A DNA stretch of 64,000 nt from contig CAZSYD010000008.1 of assembly GCA_964611355.1 (NCBI GenBank), positions 1 through 64,000 of the forward strand, read 5' to 3'. The position numbers and the translations under genes were made by a program. This stretch comes from an uncultured Ignavibacteriales bacterium (GTDB lineage: Bacteria; Zixibacteria; MSB-5A5; GN15; JAAZOE01). The notes below the pieces were generated by a model that saw nothing but the letters and a program-made list of their open reading frames with translations, was not told the DNA's origin and ran no database searches. This document shows positions 56,780-64,000 of this stretch, in pieces (the stretch's first letter is position 1; each line of letters opens with the position of its first letter).

Positions 56780-58761
56780 GAAGAATATATATTTTAATTC
56801 TGGTATTTTGTTTGTGCACGGCGGCGCAGGCGAATTTCCTGGGGATAAAAAAGGCTTCGGAAACAGTGGTGTTCCCGGTGCAGCCGCCTCTCGATTCGGC
56901 CGGTATCCCGGGAACGGCGGATTCGATCCAGGTTATTACTTACGCCGACAACGACGCCACCAGAGCGTACGGCGCAACCGGAACCGGTTATTCCTGCGCG
57001 GGAATTGATACCACCAAAGACTACGGCGGGACGCTTATCTGGTTTTCCGACCGGATTCAGGATATCGACGGGGACGGCGGCAACGTGGAGCTGGCTGTTC
57101 AGATTGTTGCTTGGGTTGACGGACTGCCCACGCATACTTTCGCCACGATGCAGGTCGTCTCCGACTCGCTCGAAAATTTCCTCGATGCGGCGATGGATTC
57201 ATCCTCGAGCGCCGCGGCGTTATCCAAGGATTGCCTTGACAGCCTGCAGAATCAGGACGACTGGGTCGGGAACGTGCGGTATAACTGCGCCGATTCGATT
57301 CTGAGGCTGCGTGGTTTGCACGTTCGAGGAACGAATGCGGGCGATACGGGGCTGATTGCCATTGGCCATACCGACGGGTCCGGGGCGTACTTCAGCGGCG
57401 GCGCGGGTAATGCGCACGGGCTTTATGCCCGCGGTTTCGGAACCGGCAACGGCTTTTTAATTCAGGCTGATTCCACCGGCCACGGTATCCGGGCTCAGGG
57501 CGGACAAACCAGCGGCGACGGTATTCTTGCCGAGGCTCGCGGAAGCGCCTCCTCCTCTTACGGTATCCGGGGTAACGGGCAGGCGGCCGGTGCAGGCATC
57601 TATGGTTATGGCGGTCCGTCCGGAAACGGTATTCAGGGCGTCAGCGGCGGTGCCGGGCATGGCGCATATTTCAGGGGCGGTTCATCCGGCGGCCATGGCT
57701 TTTTGGCCGAAGCGCAGGCGGGCGACAGTTGCGGTATCGCGGCGCGCGGTCATGGTTCGGGCGGTGATTTTGCAGTCACTATTGATCTCGACGATCTGAC
57801 AGGTACCCTCGATGCCTCGGAGATTGGGACTGGTGCCATCGGTGGCGATGAGATGGCCGCTTCGGCGGCGGCGGAAATGGCCGTCGGCGTCTGGGGATAC
57901 CTGCTTGACACCGCCTGGACAGCCGGATCGTTCGGCGACTCCGCCAAAGGATGGGGCGCGACATCCGCTTCCGGTCTTGATTCGGGAGTGGTGCAGCGAA
58001 TTGCCAATCGGCGCCTCGATTCAACCCAGACGGCCGACGTGATCTCAGGGACGATTGACAGTATTGGCGGCGGCGGGGTTGACGCTATATGGAATGAAAC
58101 TCAAGCCGATCACGGCCAGGCCGGTACTTTTGGTTTCTACCTTGATGCGCCCATAAGCGGTATCGAAGCGCCTTCGGGAAGCGGGTCGTACCCGGTGACT
58201 CTGGCCGTGATTGACAGCGTCAATGCTCAGGTTGTTCCGGGAGCAAAACTATCGGTTTATAATCTCGGTCTTGACGCCCTTTTGGCGATCGGCGCTACCG
58301 GATCGGAAGGGACGGCGGTCTTTAATCTTGACTCCGGCGGTTATGTTGTCTCCACATTCGCGCCGGGATATATTTTTTCGACGTATGATACCATAACCGT
58401 TTCCGGAACCACCAGCGATAGTATCGCCGGGTATCGGTTTGATCCCGGCAGTCCGCCGGTTGGGGATCTTTGCCGGGTGTACGGGTTTATCTACGGTATC
58501 GACGGCCGGCCGGTAGAAGGGGTCCGGGTGGACGCGCAGATTACCGACGGCGTTGTCCGGCATAATTCGACGATTATCAGTCCATACCGGAAAAGCGTCG
58601 TTACCGATTCGACCGGATACTTCTATCTCGATTTGATACCTTCCGACAAGCTGGCCCCGCCACAGACGGAATACCTGATAACCGCGACCTATCCCGCGGG
58701 AACGATCCTGAAGAAGAAAATCCAGGTCCCTGCCGGCGACAACTGGCTTCTGGCCTGGTAG
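56776..58761 (+). CDS. signal-peptide-bearing Gly-rich fibre-like protein with C-terminal carboxypeptidase-regulatory-like domains
   Basis: G.G....G repeats (HGLYARG/NGFLIQA/HGIRAQG); DAIWNE...H..AGTFG; CRVYGFIYGIDGRPVEGV...TDSTGYFYLDL. Confidence 0.6.
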   Translation: MRRIYILILVFCLCTAAQANFLGIKKASETVVFPVQPPLDSAGIPGTADSIQVITYADNDATRAYGATGTGYSCAGIDTTKDYGGTLIWFSDRIQDIDGDGGNVELAVQIVAWVDGLPTHTFATMQVVSDSLENFLDAAMDSSSSAAALSKDCLDSLQNQDDWVGNVRYNCADSILRLRGLHVRGTNAGDTGLIAIGHTDGSGAYFSGGAGNAHGLYARGFGTGNGFLIQADSTGHGIRAQGGQTSGDGILAEARGSASSSYGIRGNGQAAGAGIYGYGGPSGNGIQGVSGGAGHGAYFRGGSSGGHGFLAEAQAGDSCGIAARGHGSGGDFAVTIDLDDLTGTLDASEIGTGAIGGDEMAASAAAEMAVGVWGYLLDTAWTAGSFGDSAKGWGATSASGLDSGVVQRIANRRLDSTQTADVISGTIDSIGGGGVDAIWNETQADHGQAGTFGFYLDAPISGIEAPSGSGSYPVTLAVIDSVNAQVVPGAKLSVYNLGLDALLAIGATGSEGTAVFNLDSGGYVVSTFAPGYIFSTYDTITVSGTTSDSIAGYRFDPGSPPVGDLCRVYGFIYGIDGRPVEGVRVDAQITDGVVRHNSTIISPYRKSVVTDSTGYFYLDLIPSDKLAPPQTEYLITATYPAGTILKKKIQVPAGDNWLLAW

Positions 58762-58774
58762 AAAGGAAGAAAGA

Positions 58775-59101
58775 ATGTCATTTCCGGGTTCAATACTTGA
58801 TTTTATCGCCAACAATCTACTCAGTCTCGCCGGCGGTATATGGGCGGCGGTCGGTTTTCTGATTACCTGGCTGGCCAAACAATACCTGGTTCCTCTCCTG
58901 AAGGTGGAAAGGAATCGGCGGTATGCCCGATGGATTGCAGCCATCGCCGATGAGTTGACGGATGATTTGAAAGCGCGTTATCCGGGCAATAAATGGATCA
59001 GCGAACTGGATGAGGCCGTCGATCGAATTATGGAGATTTGCGGCATCGAAAAAGCGATTGCCGGACGGGCAATCCGGGCTGCGGTTGCCCGGAAAAGCTG
59101 A
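58775..59101 (+). CDS. holin-like membrane protein (LL-H-like)
   Basis: N-terminal TM followed by an amphipathic helical tail ending RAIRAAV; last gene of the cluster. Confidence 0.5.
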   Translation: MSFPGSILDFIANNLLSLAGGIWAAVGFLITWLAKQYLVPLLKVERNRRYARWIAAIADELTDDLKARYPGNKWISELDEAVDRIMEICGIEKAIAGRAIRAAVARKS

Positions 59102-59112
59102 GAATCCCAAAC

Positions 59113-59143
59113 GAAAACCCCGCCGAAGGCCGGCGGGGTTTTC
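59113..59143. terminator. bidirectional intrinsic terminator
   Basis: GAAAACCCCGCCG-aaggc-CGGCGGGGTTTTC between convergent genes. Confidence 0.8.
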
Positions 59144-59165
59144 AATCTATCATAAAACCCTGTAA

Positions 59166-61358
59166 TTAGGGGCAAGGAGGCGGCCCTGACAGGAACAGGT
59201 ATTTGTGTAAATAAATAACGTCGGAAATATCCACCGAACCATCGCAGTTGACATCAGCCGCTTCGTGGCCGGTAACCGGTGGCGGGCCGTCGCCGTACAG
59301 GAAATTGGTCAGATAGACGATATCGGCCGGGGTCACACCACCGTCATCGTCAACGTCACCCGGAATACAACCAACGATACAATCGATATGTGTCAGAACT
59401 GAGGTGCAACCCTTATTGCCGTTGGCGTCATGGGCGGTGGCGAAAAGGAAATAGAGCGAATCTTCATCCAGAGAACCGGTATCCCAGTAGAATTGCCAGC
59501 CGTCCCCCGGGTTGGCGTCGATACCGACGGCGGTGCGGCTGACCGTCCAGTCAAAAGGAACAGCCCCGACCATAATATCGACCTCAACCCACACGTCATT
59601 GTACGATATCCATAGCTTGTCGGCTTCTTCTTTAGCCGTGAAGTCGTTGATTGCGGCGGTTACCGGATTGACCATGCTTAAAACATAATGGCGGTTGTTA
59701 TCGGCCAGGCCGGTGGCGCCGGCGATCGTCATCCACACTCCGGGATTGCCGGATATCCCGACCATAACAATATATTCGTAATCCTCGGCCCAACTGCGTA
59801 ACATGGCCATGGTTGGCTGGCGATCAATATGCAAATCAAGCTGATTTCCGTGGGCGACAACATATTCGCGCAGTCCCGAAACGAATTCGCCGTCATAGGA
59901 TCCAAGATTTTCCCGGATGTGCATGGCGGAAAAAAGGCGATCTATGAGCTGGGTATCGGTCAATGTAGTCGTGCCTTCGGTTAAGAGATAGTTGTATCCC
60001 TTGTCGAACCAGTACCTGATGGCCGTGGCCGCCGCCGCCGGCCCAGAGCAATAATCGCCGTATTCGCCCTCCGAAGCCGGATTGCCATCACCGGGGTCAT
60101 CGTCGACATCACCCCCAAGCTGCTGGTCGATGACGGTCAGCGGCAGCGAAAATGCCCGGCTGGCGTTCTTGATGTCAAAGGTCATATAGGTCAAATCTTC
60201 ATCGGTACAGCTAAGCTGAGCCATGATACTGGTGCAGACATTCTGACCGAAAGTCGGCTGGATGAATTCGGGCGTCGGGGGCGTCGGGTCGATATGGACG
60301 CTTACCTCTGAGGTGTCCGCTCGGCCGAGGGTATCGGAGACAATTACTCGCAACTGGTAATCATTTTCCGGAAGTCCGCCAGTGTTCCATGAATATGAAA
60401 GGCCGTCGCCGGTTCCCGAAGGGGTTACGCCGTTTCGCAACTGGGGATTGTCATTATCGTCGGTCCCGATATCAACCCAGGAATCACCGAGATAATACCG
60501 GAACTGCGCCCTGTCGATTATTTCCGAGCCGGCAGCGTCATTGGCCCATAAATCGACAGCCATACCGAGGAACTGGTTGTGTTCCGGATGAATAAATCGA
60601 GCTGCCGGAGCGGGTTGGTCGCCGGACATTCCGCCGGTGGTACCGCTCGAGAAAAGAACCAGGCGTCCGGGAAATATTTTGAACGGGTTGGACGGGTCAG
60701 TGCGGTTGTAAACCGTATCCAGGTCGACGTATCCGTCTCCCCAGTCGTTATAGGAAATGCACGGTTCGGGAAAAGTATCGGTAACCACGGCGCAGGAGGT
60801 GGGTGTGCCGGCATCGGCGAAGTATGCGCCGACGAAGTACGGCCCGTTGATCACCACCGGAGTGTCGAGGGGAAAGGTAACCATGTAAAGACTGGGTACG
60901 GTGATCTCGATTTGGTATAGCGGCGTGATGGCTAGAATGGTATCCGGTTTGGGACAGTTGGGATTGGTTCGGTCAACTCCTTCAACGTCGACCGATATGA
61001 AAACGGTCCCGGTATCGACAAAATAAAGGGCAAAGTGGACGTTTTCGACAGTAAACGGATAAGGCTTGTCGCAACTCAGAGACGGGTCCTGGTAAGCTTT
61101 ATACAACTCGTCGCCGATCACCCAGGGATAGATATAATAAATTATATCACCGCCGGCATAGACTGTACAGGTGTCGCCGGTTCGCAGCCGCGGAGTAACG
61201 CCTTTGGGACTTATCGAGACCGGGTTGGTATCGGTAATTTTGTTTATCTGAGGCGGTGGTTTTACGACGTGCGCAGCTTCCGCGGGAGCTAATATGAAAA
61301 TCGTCACAACTATTGCAAAAAGGATAAAAAAACGTCGTGGATAAATATTATCGTACAT
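59166..61358 (-). CDS. secreted protein with Ig-like domains, a C39/papain-like domain and a C-terminal dockerin
   Basis: Signal peptide; YCSGPAAAATAIRYW; GDVDDDGGVTPADIVYL...ADVNCDGSVDISDVIYL. Confidence 0.75.
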   Translation of the reverse strand: MYDNIYPRRFFILFAIVVTIFILAPAEAAHVVKPPPQINKITDTNPVSISPKGVTPRLRTGDTCTVYAGGDIIYYIYPWVIGDELYKAYQDPSLSCDKPYPFTVENVHFALYFVDTGTVFISVDVEGVDRTNPNCPKPDTILAITPLYQIEITVPSLYMVTFPLDTPVVINGPYFVGAYFADAGTPTSCAVVTDTFPEPCISYNDWGDGYVDLDTVYNRTDPSNPFKIFPGRLVLFSSGTTGGMSGDQPAPAARFIHPEHNQFLGMAVDLWANDAAGSEIIDRAQFRYYLGDSWVDIGTDDNDNPQLRNGVTPSGTGDGLSYSWNTGGLPENDYQLRVIVSDTLGRADTSEVSVHIDPTPPTPEFIQPTFGQNVCTSIMAQLSCTDEDLTYMTFDIKNASRAFSLPLTVIDQQLGGDVDDDPGDGNPASEGEYGDYCSGPAAAATAIRYWFDKGYNYLLTEGTTTLTDTQLIDRLFSAMHIRENLGSYDGEFVSGLREYVVAHGNQLDLHIDRQPTMAMLRSWAEDYEYIVMVGISGNPGVWMTIAGATGLADNNRHYVLSMVNPVTAAINDFTAKEEADKLWISYNDVWVEVDIMVGAVPFDWTVSRTAVGIDANPGDGWQFYWDTGSLDEDSLYFLFATAHDANGNKGCTSVLTHIDCIVGCIPGDVDDDGGVTPADIVYLTNFLYGDGPPPVTGHEAADVNCDGSVDISDVIYLHKYLFLSGPPPCP

Positions 61359-61530
61359 CCTTGAACTCCTCTGTTCAGCAAGTGCTGACGCCGGCCGGAC
61401 AGCCGATTTTTTATCGTTATTATAGATATCGAAAGAAAAAACTTTTTCTGAAGGAGAGATTTCTATTCCATACCGGGCTTAATCGTTTATATTTCCAAGT
61501 GATTGATTTTTGAACACCGACAAATGGTAA

Positions 61531-62388
61531 ATGCCTGATAAGCTTCCCAGACGGCCGCCGTGGCTCAAAGTAAGAGCTTTCGGTGGCGACGAATTTCATC
61601 GGATTACAAAGCGGTTAAGAGGATTATCGCTGCGCACGGTTTGCGAAGAGGCCAAATGTCCCAACCGGGGCGAATGCTTCAATTCGGGCACCGCTACGTT
61701 TCTCCTTATGGGACCGACCTGCACTCGCAACTGCCGTTTCTGTAACATCGGCGGCGGCCGGCCGCAACCGCTTGATCCCGATGAGCCGGGAAACGTCGCC
61801 CGCATGGCCGCCGAGTTGAATCTTACCCACGTTGTAGTTACTTCCGTTACGCGGGATGATTTGCCTGACGAAGGCGCGGGATGCTTCCGGGATACGATCC
61901 TTGAGATACGCAGGAGGTGCCCCGAATCCACGATTGAGATATTGACGCCCGACTTCAATGGAAGGAAAGAGCTTTTGGATATCGCCCTTGGGGCTCCACC
62001 AGACGTTTTCAATCATAACGTCGAAACGATTCCACGCCTTTATCCTTCGGTCAGGCCCCGGGCTGATTTCCGGCGGTCACTGGATGTTCTTGGTTATGCC
62101 GCCGGTAAATATCCGGATATTCGTATCAAGTCAGGTCTGATGGTTGGCCTGGGCGAGACAATCACTGAACTGGTCGATGTTTTTCGTGGGTTGGTCGGAG
62201 CCAAAGTGGAAATACTGACGATTGGGCAGTATCTGCCGCCGACCAGAAATCATTATCCTGTCGCCCGATTTTATACCCCTGATGAATTCATAGAGCTAAA
62301 AGAGACAGCCGAAAAGGCCGGTATTCCGGTAGTTGTCTCCGGGCCGATGGTTCGTTCCTCTTACCGGGCAGGCTCATTGATCAACTGA
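61531..62388 (+). CDS. lipA: lipoyl synthase
   Basis: CEEAKCPNRGEC, CTRNCRFC, NHNVET, KSGLMVGLGE, RSSY. Confidence 0.97.
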   Translation: MPDKLPRRPPWLKVRAFGGDEFHRITKRLRGLSLRTVCEEAKCPNRGECFNSGTATFLLMGPTCTRNCRFCNIGGGRPQPLDPDEPGNVARMAAELNLTHVVVTSVTRDDLPDEGAGCFRDTILEIRRRCPESTIEILTPDFNGRKELLDIALGAPPDVFNHNVETIPRLYPSVRPRADFRRSLDVLGYAAGKYPDIRIKSGLMVGLGETITELVDVFRGLVGAKVEILTIGQYLPPTRNHYPVARFYTPDEFIELKETAEKAGIPVVVSGPMVRSSYRAGSLIN

Positions 62389-62457
62389 ACAGATCATCTT
62401 TCCAACAATATTTGCTCGACAACCCGGCTCCCTGTAAGTAATCCCAAAATTGTTCCG

Positions 62458-63969
62458 ATGGGTAATAGGGGTAACTGTTTTATGACCGGCACTGAGCACA
62501 AATATCGACTCATCATTGTCGATGATGAGCCATATATCTGCAATATCGTCACCGAGGCCCTTTCGGCTGTGGACGAGTACGAGGTTATCGCTTTTTCCGA
62601 TCCTCAAAAGGCTATTGACTATATCGGCAAAAACCGGCTCGATCTGGTTTTGACAGATCTGGTTATGGGCGACTATTCGGGGGTGACTATTTTTGAACAG
62701 GCGTTTCGTTATCACCCGGATTGTATTGTTATATTGATGACCGCCTATCCGACAGTAGATAATGCCATCTCGGTACTCAGAAAAGGGGCCTATGACTATC
62801 TGGTCAAACCGTTTAAGCTGGAAACCCTCAGGAATGCCGTCAAGCGGGGGCTCGAACATCTGGAACTGGCCCGTGAAAACCTGCATTTGAAGGAACAACT
62901 GGCGCTGTACAAGCTGTCGGGGGCCATCAGCGGCTCAACTTCCCTCCAGTCGATTTTGAATCTGGTGGCAGATACTGCCAGATCGATCATCGGAGTCGAA
63001 GGGGTATCGATTCTGGTTCGAGATCGTGATTGCGATATTCCCTCATCGTACCTGGCCAGAGGAGAACCGCCCGACAAGGAGAGCGAAAAATTCCTGAAGG
63101 GCGATCACGAGTTATGCCGCTCTGCCATGGAGGAGCTTAAGGCCAAAGTCAGAAGCGTCGAGATTACCGGGCGCAAGGCGAAAATTCGATCACTGGTGGC
63201 GCATCCTTTAATGTCACGAGGAGAGGCGATTGGGCTGTTAAATGTTATTCAGGAAGATCGTTTTATGCCGATCAAGCCGGGGCAGTCGCACCTTCTCTCG
63301 ATCATCGCCGGCAAGGCAGCATCGGCGATAGAAAACAGTCGCCTCTACGAACATCTGCAATCGTCCTATCTTAAGGCGATAAAAGCGTTGGCTAATGCTA
63401 TTGAAGCACGGGATCGGTACACTCGCGGTCATACCGAGCGGGTAACTATCCTGGCCGATTCGATTGCCACCCGGCTGGGCTGGTCGGAAATTAAGCGGGC
63501 TGAGTTGAAAATGGGATGCACGCTTCACGATATCGGCAAGATTGGGGTACCGGATGCCGTTCTGAATAAACGGGGACATTTAAGCGAAAAAGAACGAGAA
63601 CAAATGAATATGCACCCGATCCTGGGCGCCGGCATCCTGGAGGGAATTGATTACCTCAAGCCGGCTGTCCCGTATATTTTATACCATCACGAAAAATACG
63701 ATGGGACCGGTTATCCGCATGGACTTAGGGGAGAAGATATTCCTCTCGAGGGCCGTCTTCTAGCTGTGGTTGACACCTATGACGCCGTTGTCTCCGATCG
63801 CCCCTACCGAGACGGCGCCCCGCCGGAGAAAGCGATTGCCGAACTCGAAGAACATAAGGGTATCCAGTTTGACCCGGTGATAGTCGATATTTTCGTCTCG
63901 ATCTGGAAAGAGGGTTTAATCGATCAACTTGGAATTTATAAAGAGACAGAGCCGGCGACGGTTCAGTGA
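62458..63969 (+). CDS. response regulator-GAF-HD-GYP c-di-GMP phosphodiesterase
   Basis: IVDDE...TDLVM...KPF receiver; GAF; HDIGK, HHEKYDGTGYP. Confidence 0.92.
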   Translation: MGNRGNCFMTGTEHKYRLIIVDDEPYICNIVTEALSAVDEYEVIAFSDPQKAIDYIGKNRLDLVLTDLVMGDYSGVTIFEQAFRYHPDCIVILMTAYPTVDNAISVLRKGAYDYLVKPFKLETLRNAVKRGLEHLELARENLHLKEQLALYKLSGAISGSTSLQSILNLVADTARSIIGVEGVSILVRDRDCDIPSSYLARGEPPDKESEKFLKGDHELCRSAMEELKAKVRSVEITGRKAKIRSLVAHPLMSRGEAIGLLNVIQEDRFMPIKPGQSHLLSIIAGKAASAIENSRLYEHLQSSYLKAIKALANAIEARDRYTRGHTERVTILADSIATRLGWSEIKRAELKMGCTLHDIGKIGVPDAVLNKRGHLSEKEREQMNMHPILGAGILEGIDYLKPAVPYILYHHEKYDGTGYPHGLRGEDIPLEGRLLAVVDTYDAVVSDRPYRDGAPPEKAIAELEEHKGIQFDPVIVDIFVSIWKEGLIDQLGIYKETEPATVQ

Positions 63970-64000
63970 ATCGGCATCGGGGCAAAGGAAATAATAAACA

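Noticed and set aside
44857..59101. Intact inducible prophage or contractile injection system
   Set aside because: No integrase, att repeats, replication, sheath, tube, baseplate or tape-measure genes recognised in the window
1..64000. CRISPR array, tRNA or rRNA genes
   Set aside because: No regularly spaced direct repeats or recognisable structural RNA signatures seen by eye

Overview
Bacterial chromosomal segment, probably from the FCB group. The mix of FlgD/T9SS-like C-terminal domains, a dockerin and PEP-CTERM proteins suggests Zixibacteria or a relative (inference). Housekeeping and metabolic genes: ClC, trmB, pckA, a saccharopine/lysine dehydrogenase, rocD, ppdK, the tol-pal operon, lipA and a REC-GAF-HD-GYP protein. 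Three accessory blocks stand out. (1) 3.4-10.9 kb: an atypical chaperone-usher pilus locus with 5-6 pilin-like genes behind a sigma-54 promoter. (2) 19.9-30.6 kb: one ~10.7-kb operon made of three diverged tandem copies of an uncharacterised four-gene membrane module (FN3+DUF6754-like protein plus three membrane proteins, no ATPase). (3) 44.9-59.1 kb: a phage head-only module (portal, terminase, prohead protease fused to a ligase-like domain, decoration protein, major capsid protein, adaptor, holin-like genes, signal-peptide-bearing fibre-like proteins) with no recognisable integrase, replication, tail or endolysin genes, a candidate domesticated GTA-like or capsid-compartment system. Small-scale signals read from the DNA include a terminase whose Walker A lies upstream of any canonical start codon, an unannotated 34-aa sigma-54-driven membrane peptide, a shared sigma-54/TGT-N11-ACA/IHF promoter architecture, and a 177-bp MITE with TIRs and a 4-bp TSD. 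All family assignments come from motif recognition by eye; no database searches were run.
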